A stretch of 63,837 bases of DNA, the filler included, from Rhabdomonas costata (lineage: Eukaryota), in assembly GCA_019059605.1 (NCBI GenBank). It is 26 parts of 26 records of this genome, joined end to end, with 100 filler letters (N's around TTAATTAATTAA, not from the genome) between each part and the next. Parts side by side here need not be neighbours in the genome. Positions count along the whole stretch, not along the records: positions 1 to 2,363 come from JAHMHO010003811.1; positions 2,464 to 4,821 come from JAHMHO010003812.1; positions 4,922 to 7,281 come from JAHMHO010003813.1; positions 7,382 to 9,740 come from JAHMHO010003814.1; positions 9,841 to 12,201 come from JAHMHO010003815.1; positions 12,302 to 14,644 come from JAHMHO010003816.1; 20 more parts are not named here. One strand, written 5' to 3'. The notes below the pieces were generated by a model. It worked only from the letters and a program-made list of their open reading frames with translations. It was not told the origin of the DNA and did no database searches. Every line of letters starts with the position of its first letter. Position 1 is the first letter of the stretch. The translations under genes were made by a program, and so were the position numbers. This document shows positions 1 through 12,920 of this stretch, in pieces.

Positions 1-28
1 GGGTGTGTGTTATGCCTTGTTTCCACCC

Positions 29-107
29 CTTCTTCTTCTTCTTCTTCTTCTTCTTCGAAGAGGCTCACTGGCTCGCTCGCTCACTCACTCACTCACTCAC
101 TCACTCA
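29..107. repeat. (TTC)n and (TCAC)n microsatellites, intronic
   Basis: Directly visible, upstream of the CAG acceptor ending at 140. Confidence 0.9.
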
Positions 108-140
108 GTCCGTGCCCTCAGTCCCTCCCCTTCTCTGCAG

Positions 141-1891
141 GACAACCTGGTGCAATACTTCCGGACGGTGGGGAAGCACCTGGACCATCACTTTGGTAGC
201 TGTGCCAATTCCTGCACCTTTCCCTCACTGAATGTGCCCCATGTGAATGACTTGCTTGGGGCGGGAGGTATTGGTTGCCACTGGCAATTGGTAACTATTG
301 CACGTCGTTAAAGACCCCAAGCCGCAGGCCTCCCTCATCCGCCCAGGCCTTGGCCCGCAGCTGCGGATGTGACATGCGTTTCGTTCTGCAGGTATGGTAC
401 CCTGACGAAGTTTTGCTGTTTTCCTGCTTTTTCTTGGGGGTGCGAAATCGTCTAAGAAAAAAGAAATCTGTCGCTCAATTCTTGCTGTTGCCTTTGTGTT
501 GCCTTCTTGCTGTCGCAAATACTTAAACCTGACAATACATGTATAGTTGTTAACGTAGCCTTAATTGTGGTGTAAAAGAGTTGATTTTTTCAGTCCAGTT
601 TCCCCCCAACCCCTGATGATCATTGGACCCTATGCAGAGGGACGTGTTGCATGTTTTGGGGGTGGTTTAGATTAAACGGGGCGCTGCATTCTGGACATGG
701 ATGCACAAGAAGCAACAGTACATACACACTGAGAGGTGGGGCGGGATAAAGGAAAGGTTTGCCCTTCATTCTTCACTTCCGCTGTGACCTTGTCAGTGGA
801 GTGGAGTTGCCACCCGGACTACGACAACTACGGGGTGTGGAACAACTTCGAGGGCCCGTATTCGTTCCGCCGCCGCTGCATAGCAGGGCGCTACGTCCAC
901 CAGTACCAGTTTGACTACCTCAGATCGGTGTGGTGACCTGTGCTCCTCCTCCCACGCAGCAGAGGGCCGGCAGACTCTTCAGCCCCGCTCGCTCTCCAAA
1001 ACTTCGGGAGCGCTTTGTTTTGCTTTCTGCAGCAGATTCGATGATGCGCACAACAGGTGTTCAGCAGCACAGAGCAAAAAAAACCATTGCTCAGTCTCAT
1101 TCCTCAAGCACTCCCCCTTTCTCCCAAAACATTTTTCTTCCTTCCTCACTCACTTCCTTCCTTTCTTTTTCCCTATGCCGATGTACTCTTATGGTTTCGC
1201 GCCACTTTGGCTGTCATAATTGTATAATCCTCGCAAAGCGCGCGGCAGAGAAAACGACAGTACAGGAAGGAAACAATGAATCACAGAGGTTGAGAAATAC
1301 AAAACAGAAAGGCAAGTAAATAATAAGCATAAGAGCAAAGAAGCATTACTTCACAACAGAAAAGGGGTGCAGACAAAGAAGAAGTTGGGTCAAGAAGGTA
1401 AAAGAGAAAATGGGGAGGTGTGTGTTAATGTCTCTGTGTGTGTTCCAAGCGTTTGGGAAAGTAGGAGAGGAGGAGGGGGCTCAATGCACATCGCGCCGTT
1501 TCTGCGCGAAAGGCAGCCTCGCTGGGTCTTTGCCAAACCTTCGTCTACCCGCATCTGCTTCCACATTTAAAATACATATTTTCACGAGTGGATCAGGCGT
1601 TTCCATGATCTATCCGTGCCATTCCTGCTGAGCAGTTTCAACCTATTGTTGGTGGCTGTATCGCCGTCCAGAACCCCCCACACACATACCAAAACTAGGC
1701 CTGGACGAACTACCACAAGGAGAACGTGGGGCGGGCTGCGTACGTAGCATTCGAGGAGGGCCACGAGGGCAGTGGAGAGGTGGTGGGGCTGATGGACCCC
1801 GACCTGGAGGGTTTTCTGCAGTGGATGTGGGACGAAGGACATCTCAAGGACACTGTGGTCGTGCTTGTGGCAGACCACGGCTTGCATATGG
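141..1891 (+). CDS. DUF229 / alkaline-phosphatase-sulfatase superfamily protein, partial (exons 141-195, 797-927, 1699-1891)
   Basis: Phase-consistent GT-AG splicing gives DNLVQYFRTVGKHLDHHF-VEWSCHPDYDNYGVWNNFEGPYSFRRRCIAGRYVHQYQFDYLRS-AWTNY...EEGHEGSGEVVGLMDPDLEGFLQ...LKDTVVVLVADHG. The C-x-G, D-x-D-L and T-hhhh-x-DHG pattern is typical of this family. Confidence 0.75.
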
Positions 1892-2363
1892 GTTTGCACC
1901 TGAATGTCTTTCGATAAACCTCTTATTTGAGAACTTAGGCCATGAGTGCACTGCAGTCCGATATGACCCTGTATCGCCCACTAAACCCAACTCGAAGTCG
2001 CCATCTTCGGGATTTAATTTGGATTTGAAAATGGTTGTAAATTTTTAGACAACGGTCAAAGGCCACCCGTCAATTGGCACCTGTGTCTTTGACACAAAAA
2101 AACGACTGCTCTGCTGTCTTCCCTAAAAGAACAAGGTGAGCAATAAAAGACCTACGTATGTCTCACGACATACGTCGCAACAACCTCCGCGACCAGCTGG
2201 CTTTCCTTCGAGTCAGCTGCCAGGTTGAGGTCGTGGTACGAACGAAATTTGATTGAATTCGGAAATACCTGATCCAAAGAAGTCCATGTACGCTTTACCC
2301 TCACTCAAGCCTCTTAAAGCCGAAGGTGGGTCTGAAGAAACGCTCCCAACACAACCACAAACC

Positions 2364-2463
2364 NNNNNNNNNNNNNNNNNNNNNNNNNNNNNNNNNNNNN
2401 NNNNNNNTTAATTAATTAANNNNNNNNNNNNNNNNNNNNNNNNNNNNNNNNNNNNNNNNNNNN
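2364..2463. other. Artificial contig spacer N44-TTAATTAATTAA-N44 (first of 25)
   Basis: The same 100-nt spacer with six-frame stops starts at 2364, 4822, 7282, 9741, 12202, 14645, 17105, 19564, 22024, 24484, 26943, 29426, 31885, 34344, 36803, 39261, 41720, 44178, 46636, 49094, 51550, 54011, 56467, 58922 and 61379. Intervening contigs are all about 2.34-2.38 kb. Confidence 0.98.
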
Positions 2464-2816
2464 GTTTTGATGTGGCGAAAGCAAGGGCAACCTTTAAAAA
2501 GATAGTGCGTGTGAGCTAAATAGTAGGCAGGGGACAGCTGGCTGGGCCGTGACGATCCGTGGATGTTTTAGGAGGTGCATAGCACTGGCTTGTTTAAAGC
2601 CAGTCTGTAAATTAAACGGTTCATAGTAGGCCCCGCTCCCCCCCCCCCCCCCCGACCTTGGATAGTGCTCTTTTGATCGAGTGCAACGTGCAGACCCTCG
2701 TCGGAACCTTGCCCGCTGCCACTGCGGGCTCGTGAGTGAGTGAGTGAGTAATTAAGTGAGTGTGAGTGCTGGTAGAGACATCGATGGTGGCTGGGATTGA
2801 AGCAGTGGGCGTGCAC

Positions 2817-4710
2817 CTTGTAGCCACGGAAATGGGCACAGAGCCCCTCGAAAAGCAGCCCTGAAAGCAGCTCGGCAAAGCGCAGGTGATTCTCGCCGTC
2901 CAGGCACACGTTGATCTCCCGAACGTACCCCGACAGCACCTGGTGGAACTTCTCGCACGCTGGGGTGCACTGCCCTGAGAAGCGGGTCAGCCACCCACTC
3001 CCACCATCTCAACTATAACACCTAACCTACTACACACAGATACACGGGGTAGGAAAACTCCACTGCCTCTTCATCCCAATGGCTTCCTACGACATAAGAT
3101 CCTGCACTTCGGACCTGTGGCCTATGTTCATTGCTCTTCGTGCTCATCCCTTGGGAGATCAGCACAACTCTTTTGACACCCCGTTTATAGGGACATGTCA
3201 CATGTCTCCCGGTTATTAGTGATCTTTTTATGAAAAGCTGTCAATCCCATTACAACTTCTTACGCGTGTCGAGATTTAGCCGACATGAAGAAACTTACGC
3301 GAATATTCCTTCACACTACCCCCACACTTCATTACGTTCGCTTCACATTGTTTTCTTCTCGTGGGTGCTCAACCCTCGGTTTCTGGCGAGCATTGCAGAC
3401 CGCTTAACTCCTGGTCTGCCTTCTTGCTATTTGAATATCATCAATCATCAATCACACCATTTCTTGCAGGGGGGTACATTCAACCACCCCCTCCTCCGTT
3501 ATGAACTTCATGTAGAAAGGGAAGGTTGCAGTATCTCTGCTTTGTTCCGGATCGCTCCGAGGTCCGCACCAGTATTCGGTTCGAGTCACCTCCGGCGCCC
3601 CCACAATGATTTTCCACCACCCCAAAGCAAGAGGCAGACGCACGCACCCACGGCGACGTGGTAGGGTGGGGGCGTTTTGGTGGTCAGCTTGAAGTCCTTG
3701 CGGTGCTGCTCGTGGCTGAGCACGGAAAGCGAGCGGTGGGCGAGGTACTGCGCGCACAGCAGCAGCGCCGATGATACCGTGGCCTCCACCTAACAGGACC
3801 ACAAAAAGACGTAAGCAAAGACGTAAAGTATGTGTATGCGTGAGTGAGCCATCTGTATGACATCTGCGGCTCGTTCGGGATCAGCGCACCCTCTCCTTTT
3901 TTTTTCCATGAGCCGGTGTGGTGTTCCAGGTCTGATACACTCCGGAAGACCGCCTCCGGGGTGAAACTCGTGCAGAGCTGAAGGCAACCCGAATTTCAAG
4001 TGTCGGGTTTCTCCGCACAGATGTATTGTGAAGGATACTACACTATACCGAACATGCAATCTCGCCCCGCCTTTTTGCCGTCTTTGCCACACGCAAGACT
4101 CCAGTCTCATTTGAGCGAGCGAGAGGGTGTGCGGGTACAGCCTGACTTGTCCGCAGTCGATACTTGCCCACATGGGCCTATAATCAGACCCTTCACCAAA
4201 CCAATATAGCTGTCACCTGGGGTAGAAAGCCCCCTTGCCGTTGCTGCGACGCTGCTGGCAGTCTCAGGGTCCACCCCGCCCACCTTTAAGCGAGCGAGGG
4301 CCTTATGGTGTATCCTGTGGAAGAAGCACCCTCGAAGTGGCACGTGTGCAGCGCTCGATTTGCGAAATGATAGAAGGCAATGTGATGGGGAAACACAAAG
4401 AGCATGCGCAGCACAAGCACATACACAATCACCACCTATCACGCAAGATCGTCGCCCACATGTCTGCATATCTGCAGGCGTTTATCCTCACACACCGCGG
4501 CATGGACAGGAAATGGGCGGAGGACAGTGGTGCGGAAGGCAGCAGAGCATAGCCCGGATGTCAAGCCAAACATGTGCTCCTAAGAGGTGGGCAAAATCAC
4601 ACCTCGTCGAGAAATTGCCCCTTCTTCGCCACTGTGGCGTCGGCACGGGCGGAGAGCGCGCCCTTCAGCAGCGGCTGCACGCACTGCACGTAGTGCCGCT
4701 CAATTCCGAC
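2817..4710 (-). CDS. EXOC5: Exocyst complex component Sec10, partial C-terminal region (exons 4603-4710, 3648-3789, 2817-2974)
   Basis: Phase-consistent GT-AG exons give ERHYVQCVQPLL...KKGQFLDE-VEATVSSALLL...VLSHEQHRKDFK...-QCTPACEKFHQVLSGYVREINVCLDGENHLRFAELL...LCAHFRGYK. This matches the Sec10 motifs EQKK.DF, T.AC and LDG.N in order. Confidence 0.82.
3865..4023. repeat. Dispersed repeat, copy 1 (in Sec10 intron)
   Basis: Colinear blocks shared with 19364-19540: TGCGGCTCG..CGGGATCAGCGCACCCTCT, TGGTGTTCCAGGT, CCGG.GT, TCGGGTTT, GCACAGA. Confidence 0.8.
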
Positions 4711-7519
4711 CTTAGCCCCCCCCCCCCTTCCTCCCACCTCCATTCGAGCCACACAACGAACATGCCGAAAAAACCAAAACCATCTCAAGATAAAACCATA
4801 GTTTTCACCTCCCGCTTAAGANNNNNNNNNNNNNNNNNNNNNNNNNNNNNNNNNNNNNNNNNNNNTTAATTAATTAANNNNNNNNNNNNNNNNNNNNNNN
4901 NNNNNNNNNNNNNNNNNNNNNTGCCTCTGGCTTTCCGGTTGAAGGTCGGTACGGCCCTGACTGTGAAGAAAAAATAAGGAAAACAAACCGGACATTCCAA
5001 AATATGGGGGATTCTGATTGCTTGGGTTGCAACTTCTACGGCTGGGAGAACCCTTGCAACCCATGCTTGCGGACGCGCGGGGAGGTGCAACTCCGAATTG
5101 GAAGCTGGATCGGTGCAGAACATACGAGAAATTGTGATTTGGATATCAATAAGAGTGGGTGGGCGGTGCTAACGAAGTGATTTTTCTGGGTTGAGCTGCG
5201 CTCCGCGTTTGCTGGGTTTTCCTTTCTATCTGTAAGCCCATTGTGAAGGACGGTGGGGACGAAAACCGTGTCTGGTCTCCTTTGTATCCAGGTTGACATT
5301 TGACAAAGTCCTTTTTTCATTAGTTTTTCTGTGGTGAAAGCAAGGGTAACCTTCACAAAAGAAGGTTTGACATACACACACATAGCGGGGGCAATGACGA
5401 GCGACATTACCAGCCTGTACTGTAAGCGGTCGTCGACCCCCAAACACTCTCGAATATTCTTAGGGGTGGGTCCATAAACATTCGAGCACCAGCGTAAAAG
5501 GTTTTATCAAGAAATACAACGAAAATGAAAGAAAGCAAGGCAGAACGAAGAGCTTCTCATACCACAAATCCCAGCCAGCCCCTGAGTAGGGCACAAATCG
5601 GTCCAAGCAGCGGACCTCGGGCTTCTTGGGACCCTGAGCTAAGGAGCCAGCGTCCCCTCCGGAGCCTGGCCGAGGCACGGAGTTCGCGACCGGGGTTAGC
5701 ATCAGAAGAAAAGCAACAACCCACTCACACCCCCAACCAAGTAGTACCCACGACCAGGCCGGGAAATCAGCAGCAGCCGAGGGTCATGTTTCTGTTCTCG
5801 GGGGAGGGAATTCAGTCCTATCGTACACCAACTAGGCCAAATCGCTGCGGTCAAGGATTAAGTTGCTGGCTCGTTGAAGAAATCGTCCCCTGAGAAGGAC
5901 CACTGCCGGTAATCACCGCAAAGCAACAAAGGATCTGACTTAAAAAGTGTGAGAAATGTGAAAATGCAATGAAGAGGTGCCCTTCCAGAAACGGGTCCTC
6001 ACAAAAAAAAGTGGACGATTTTATAAAACAACATAAACCGGACTTCGACCAGCAGATAAAAATCGGCATGGGTGATGAATTTGGGTAAATTTTGGGGACA
6101 GTTGTTTCAAGTGTCAGCCTTTTGCCATCCGCGTTTTTTTCCCTTGCGTTATCTTCTTGTAAAATCTATCTGTTTGGGGCGGACCCTGCAACTACAAGAA
6201 CTTTTCCGGCACAGTGCTGTGAGTTTCAAAAAAAATGGGCAATGTTGAATGAAAAAGTGCCATTCTAAAAACGACTCCACAGGGGGCACAAGGCGCAGTC
6301 CACACAGAACTGAAACTGATACACAGGATATGCCCTCCGCCACTCTCCATTGCACACAATAAAAAGTGTCGGCATACCGTGCCTCAACCGTGACATTTCC
6401 CCGATTCTGAGGATGGCGTACCAAGCACAGGGGCAACGTTCCAGTGGGCTTTTTGCTGCCTGTCCGATAATGGGCGTCAATGTCCTTGCCCGTTCTTTTT
6501 TACCTGGGGGCTGGGTCAATCTTGCGCACTGTCCGGTACTCCGGATCTTGGACATGATCGCCACCCCCACAGGGTAAGGGTAAGTTTCGCAAAAAGGCAC
6601 CAACCCAGACCAGGTAACTCGAACAATGCGAAAGATTTTAATTAATTAATTTTAAAAAATATTTTCCACATCCCACTAAAACAACAAACCTTTCTAATAA
6701 AAACTAACCGTGCACTTTGGTGCCTTGATTACGCAACCCCAAGTGTACCAAACCACAGAAATTGACCACACTTTGCGATCCCCCCTTCTTTTCTCCATTT
6801 CCGAGTTGAGCAGATGCCACGAAAGTGACAGCAGCCTCATACGCGGCATGGGGACAGGTGCACAAGGACACAACAACGACCACAAGTGATGACCATAGAT
6901 CTTCACTGGGCCAGGAAGCGTTATGTACACAACACGTGCCTTGTTTTCCCAAAAGCACAGGGCACAACGCTGGGCTGTTTCTGCGCAAAAAGCTGGGTAT
7001 TTCCCCCCGCAATTGTCGCAGAGCCCGGAAAAAGAAAGAAAAGAAAGAAAGACGGGAAAAACGTAGTGTGCGGAAAACAAGCGATACACCCACCCACCCA
7101 TATGCGAGCTGAAAAATCCAATGGCAGTGGTAAACAGCTGCCGCGGAGGTTCCCTATCATAAAAAAGTCTGCAACCGTTGGCCCAATTCCACTTCTAGTT
7201 CACTATTTGGAGCAACATTTGGACTGAACATTCGGGTCTTGGAAGTGGGAAAATGTCGGCAGCCACTGGTCACCCCACCACNNNNNNNNNNNNNNNNNNN
7301 NNNNNNNNNNNNNNNNNNNNNNNNNTTAATTAATTAANNNNNNNNNNNNNNNNNNNNNNNNNNNNNNNNNNNNNNNNNNNNTGTTTTTGGGTCTCGAGCT
7401 GAAGTCGAATATTCTCACACTTCCTAAGCCCCCCGAGCTCACACAGACTTTACTCAATTGTTTGGGTGCATCGGAACTGCACAAGCCGGCGAGAGTTTGG
7501 GACCAAAACTAAGCCATAC

Positions 7520-9740
7520 CCACGGAGAGGACGTCGGTGACATTGAAGAGGACCCTAAGGTCCCCAGGGTACGGGGTGCTGCCGTTGGGAAGGGCGAGGA
7601 GTTCCGCGGTGGAGTTCACGTGGCTGTATGCCAACGGGTCCACGGGAAAGGCGGGCAAGATCCTCCGAAAGCTCCCTTGCTCCCGCACATCACTGAAGAC
7701 AATCTCCTGCGCACGACCACGACGGGCGCGCATATGTTTCATCACAGATTGTCCACTAACAAACCCCCGTCCAACGGTACCTCGCTTGGTCCGTATGTGA
7801 AACTCGAAAGGACTTTGACTCTGCTTTGCTGGGCGCAAAAAACTTCATGCTGAATACAGAAAGGAACTCGGAAGGTGCAGGGCTCTTACCCCTCATGACC
7901 ATGAAGCATAGAAACGAATTTCCCGAACCCTCCACCCCTTCCCATCGCCTTCAATTTCCCAAAGGGGACAAGGAGGGCCATCTCGGGTGTTGCGGGATAA
8001 AGAAGAGGGTTTTGGAGCCAGACCTCGGCGGTCAAATTCAGGGCACCGACCAGTGCAAGCACGAAATGCGCCGGGAAGAACCAGCTCAGCGGGAAGTACA
8101 ACAGATCCACCGCAAACACGAGTTCCGTTAGGAATGGGGTGCTCGTCGCGGTGGCAGTGCCTGCGGACGAGAAATTAATGGGTCACGAGGGCATCACGGC
8201 AGGCAGGCCGCAAAATGCACCGCACCGTAAACAAACGGATAACCGCAAACAGAGAAAGGTACAAGAAAAAGAGAGCCCACAACAGTCACGTCATGTGCAA
8301 AGGAAACGGTAAAAAAGAGAGAGAAGGGGGCCGCCCTCTGTCAGAGTGGTAACAAAGACAGCCAACGAACAGAAGGCATGCATTCAACGAATCAATGAAT
8401 CCCGCGCATAGCCTGCATTCCCCAATGCAAAAAAATGGCATCGTCAAGAACACCCCGAGAGGAGGAAGCCGAAGCGGGCCCGCAGTCTTTTGTGAACACT
8501 TCTGTGTACACTCGGCCTCCCAAAACGTCAGGCCGTTCCCCACCCGTGTCCCTTGGCGGCTTCTTTAGACTCTTGTGCCACGTCTTTCCCCACCACCACG
8601 AAGGGTTTGTCGCGGCACCCACACCGTCTGAAGTATGAATAAGCGTGTGGTAAAAAAATCAGTGAAGGGACATGTGAATTGCGGGGGGTGTGGGTGGAGG
8701 GTTGATGCTTCATCATTGCTCAACAGAACGCACGCACAAACAAACACCTGAAACTGTAGCGGATCTTGATGAAGTGCTCGAAAAGGTGGATGAAAGAGTC
8801 GAGCTCAATGACTGGGAAACTGAGAGCTCTGTAGAGCAGGACCAAGGTAGCAAATATCACCATGAAAACACACCACCTTCAGCAAATTTACCAGTCAACG
8901 TGTTTTTCCCCTCAATGAAAACCAACAATTACAACGTATACACTGTCCCAGTCACCTAAACCAAAAGACTATACGCATCGATTAGCTTATGTGAATTGCA
9001 GGGAAAAGAAACTTTTGCATACAAGCTTCAGATTTGGGGAAAAGATCTCGGGGTTCCAACTTCCAACTTCCAACTTCCTTCGCGGCCTGTAGACCAATTC
9101 TCTGGCCCAATTTCCCTCTTCACCTGTGTGGAAAGTGCCGTATTGTTCAAATAAAAGGCACTGACACTGGGAGTTGTACCTTTCTGACTGCAATTTAATC
9201 TCTCCACTCTCTCGCGATAGCCTCACGGTTTTTTAAGCGACACCCACAACCTTCGAGGAGGGGGGCAGCGGAGGAGGGATGCTCTTCAACACCCTCCCAA
9301 CCACCAATCACCCCAGTTTTATCCACGAACCAACAATATATTCATCATCCACGTAAGGCGCAGAAACGCATAAAACGCAGAATTGTGCTAATGCATCACC
9401 ATCGCTGAAGGAATCCGTGGCCGTGAGCGTGGAGGATGCACTGGAGGAGAACGAAAGAGAGGAGCTCAGCGAGTCGGAGAGTGTCCGCGACAACGTAGAG
9501 TCAAGTGAAGCAGATGTGCTCTTGGATTCAGTCGGGGTTAGTGTGGGAGACAAGGTGGGTGTAGGCGTGGGTGTGGGTGTAGGCGTTGGGGTCGGCGTAG
9601 GAGACATCGTTGGAGTCGATGTCGGGGTGGGTGAAAGTGAAGACGTAGGTGTCAATGACTGGGTAAATGTCAATGTGACGGTGCACGTAGGAGTTGGAGT
9701 GGACGAAGATGTGACTGTCGGCGTCTCCGTAGGAGTGAAC
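7520..9740 (-). CDS. Mucin-like Ser/Thr/Pro-rich surface protein, partial (exons 9400-9740, 8748-8828, 8024-8160, 7520-7706)
   Basis: (TP)n and S/T-rich stalk followed by [17 protein letters not shown]...[22 protein letters not shown]. All junctions are GT-AG and in phase. Confidence 0.7.
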
Positions 9741-10461
9741 NNNNNNNNNNNNNNNNNNNNNNNNNNNNNNNNNNNNNNNNNNNNTTAATTAATTAANNNN
9801 NNNNNNNNNNNNNNNNNNNNNNNNNNNNNNNNNNNNNNNNAAGCCTGCAAAGCAGAAGCGGAATTCTGGCAGCAAAAGCATGTCCCCGAGGACGACCCAA
9901 AGGCATATTTAGTGACAGGCCGATTCAAAAACAAAACGTTTCATTGTGACGACCACCCGAGAGCTCACCCTAACGGCAGCAATTCGGGATATAATGGCGG
10001 AGAAAAAACCAATGACGGCCACGAAAAGACTGCCGCAAAAAACCACTCGTACACCTCGAAAGGCAGAGTTGGCCAACCCATCCCTTAACACACAGGGAAA
10101 CACAGACCATTGGCATTTGCGCACATGGCGAAAAGAAAAAAGGAGCGAAAAGAACGGCTGGTATACCTGGACTTCCATCGGCATGGGAATCCCCTTTCCA
10201 AGCGCGGGCAGGGGCAGCGCAGGCACCGAAGATGACCATACTGTGGAAAGTGACCCGGACTTTGTTCCCCCTGCCATCCCCTGAGCTTTTCGGCTACTTG
10301 CGTTGTGCTCCAGCACGCTGTATGCAAAGTACACCCACCCCCCGCCACACTCTCTCTCAGTATCCTTTGGTCGATGTCGAAACTGATTCAAGCGATCCCT
10401 CACCAGGGTGGTGCGCGGTGTGGGTGTGGCATCCTCAGCGAGGCACCTACAAAGGTGCACC

Positions 10462-11569
10462 TCACCCACACACTCCGCAACACACACCAACGCATGTCGG
10501 GGCGGGCACCGGCAACCCTGCACCCTGGGGGTTCGCCATGCCCGTGACCCACACGGGGGACAGCCACGGGCGGTTCGCCGTCGAGGTGAAGCTCAGGTCG
10601 TACACCACCGGGCCGTTCAGAAAGTTCGTGTTGCAGGCCCACCCCTTGGTCTTCGCCCCAGTGCCCGCCGTGAGGTCGGTGTTGTAGTACAGGTACAGGG
10701 CAACAGGAGAGCCGGCCTGCTTGGACTGGTACGACGGCAGGCCATTGGGAACATTCGGGGATAGCAGGGTGTAGATCTGCCCCACGAAACTGACCTGCAA
10801 ACAGTCTGAAAAGGAAGGGATAAGGGATGCCATGGAACCACATGCGATGAGAAATTCACTGCTGAGACGGTGGATCTGCACCAGAGTTCACCATTATGTC
10901 TGCTGTCTGGGCAACCGATCAGATGGACAGAAACGAACGGAATTCCGAGATGACCTGACTCGCGTGTCTCTGGAGGGTTGTTGTTTGCAATGGTGGTTAG
11001 GTGTGCGCCGCGAGGGGTTACGTGTGACTCAAACGAAGACTTCCATGCGATTCAGACACCCCAAAGTACGCAACGAACAAACATGTCATTTTGAAGCATT
11101 ATCAGCGAGCTCAAGGGGAGAGAAGCTCCCACGGGTGCTTGTTTTTAAGGCGGTTGGCAGCGCCGTCACGCAAAACTATGTGAGCGACTGCACAGTTCCT
11201 GTTCGCATCGTGATCAACTGGCGGGCAGATTGCTGTAAATAGGGATCCTGGCCCCCAGCCCAGCAGGCATCCATGGAATGAGAACGAGGGCTTAGCCCAA
11301 CGCTGTCACGCCGGGAGGAGAATCGCAACAATTCGGCGCGTGGTTGTCGACGAAAAAGCCGCAGAAGCGTTCGCAAAAACCGGAGCTAACTTTTGCCTTC
11401 CGGTTGCACTAGAACCCCCCTCACTGTCTGGGCCTTGGAAAAACAGCCCGCTCGGTGTAATTCGCGAGGAAAGAAAAAAGAAAGGAGAGAGTGATGGGAG
11501 GGGACCAGCTTGCGCAGTCACTGTGCAGAACGCCGCCACAACCAGCACCGCGACGAGAAGCGCGCGCAT
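10462..11569 (-). CDS. Small secreted protein of about 135 aa (exons 11506-11569, 10462-10805)
   Basis: Signal-peptide exon MRALLVAVLVVAAFCTVTAQA ends in phase 1 and splices in frame to DCLQVSFVGQIY...YLYYN...GWACN...RPWLSPVW...CVGVCCGVCG*. High GC at third codon positions. Confidence 0.65.
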
Positions 11570-12339
11570 TCTTGTGGTTTGGCTTGAGGACAACAGTGCG
11601 GAATATGAAGAGGAATGTGGGATAGAGGTCAGCAAGAAAGATAGAGCGCACTGTAATAAAAAAAAACTCACGGCGGCAGCCCATAGACCACGAGGCGAGT
11701 AAAGCGTTACTTTGGTATTTCGGACCATATTGGGCAGTTTCAACTGCACAGGTTGTACACAGTAGACCACACTTCCTGGGATTGCAGTGGAGAAGAGGAC
11801 GACAAAAAACCCGAATGAAAAGAGTCTGAACATCCACAAAATTGAGCAATGGAGCCGGATATTCATTACTGTTGGGTAGGTGTCGGGTGGGTCGCTCAAC
11901 TCAGAAGAAGGGCCTCAAGGTGACCCTTTCCGCGGTAAAAGACCGAGCGTAGAGCTGGTTGAAGGACCCCACCCCTCGTGTCTCCGTGCGGCGCGTAAAG
12001 AGCGAAGACTGCAAGCTGATTGAAAAATCGAAAATGCGATGCAGAAAAAGCAAAATAATCCCAAAAAAAACGCGTCAGCGCTGAAGGGGTTCCATAACGA
12101 AACGAAGGGCTTCACATGTTTGAGTTCAACTTTTTGTTACAAGTAAACCACGTCATGTTGAGACCACCCTTTTCCCACAGAAATGAAAGGCACACACCCC
12201 CNNNNNNNNNNNNNNNNNNNNNNNNNNNNNNNNNNNNNNNNNNNNTTAATTAATTAANNNNNNNNNNNNNNNNNNNNNNNNNNNNNNNNNNNNNNNNNNN
12301 NGTGTGGTGTGTCCTAGTTGTCAACTCGTGTGAGAATGA

Positions 12340-12920
12340 GTGATTAGCACACACGAGGATATTTTGCAAAAATTTCTATTGTACGGAGGTGGTGTAAATG
12401 GCAATGGTACTCACACGCCAACTCATAGTTGTACTTTCTCGTATCATGTGGACTATGTCCATGTATACACCAAATCTGAGTTCTCCAGGACCTACATATT
12501 GATGCCAATTACACTACAAGACATGGGCATAGTCTCCACTACCAACGTTGCGGAAGTGTGGACTATGGAAACCAGGCTACAACGCCACGCCAGGTCAATT
12601 GAAGGTGGTATGTCAGGATACTTGTGGAGGCTGCAAATTCTAATCTTATGTAGTAAAACGTGGCGATAATGTCTTGTAATGACGTTGTCGGATATTGAAA
12701 ACAGCCAGGAGTAACACTAAGCCATAACAAATCACTCATGTTAGTTAGTGATACCAAATGGCCATGCCTGTCTGAGTGCGTGAAATATGGCAACCTTCTG
12801 TGGTTGAATGATTGATGGTGCGGTTATGCCGATACATAATGTGGCACAAAACCATGTGGTTAATAATTCGAAATGGGGACGCTGTGTACCATATACTTAC
12901 ATGGTTTATGTGCATGATAT
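12340..12920 (+). pseudogene. Possible decayed tyrosine recombinase (DIRS/Ngaro/Crypton-like)
   Basis: Low-GC contig without exon-like islands. FCG*MIDGAVM...HVV...KWGRCVPYTYMVYV resembles the catalytic tail H-x-x-R-x-G-G-A...GRW.S....Y. Confidence 0.3.

Noticed and set aside
2152..2268. Possible minus-strand terminal exon VFPNSIKFRSYHDLNLAADSKESQLVAEVVATYVVRHT*
   Set aside because: An equally plausible plus-strand frame exists and no homology is recognisable.
2657..2712. SDEGLHVALDQ as the next Sec10 exon via a non-canonical junction
   Set aside because: Phase-incompatible, and the spacing to the expected Asp is off; the next exon is probably outside the contig.
3570..3600. GGTTCGAGTC T-loop-like motif suggesting a tRNA
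   Set aside because: No paired T stem, D arm or acceptor stem.
5744..5990. GTACCCACGACCAGG similar to the Merlin subterminus, near CEKCENAM
   Set aside because: No TIR start, and the orientation is inconsistent with the transposase direction in the 48709 copy.
9417..9788. Plus-strand (GV)n-rich ORF and similar antisense ORFs in the track
   Set aside because: Antisense shadows of real exons or microsatellites; most listed ORFs are spurious in this intron-rich DNA.
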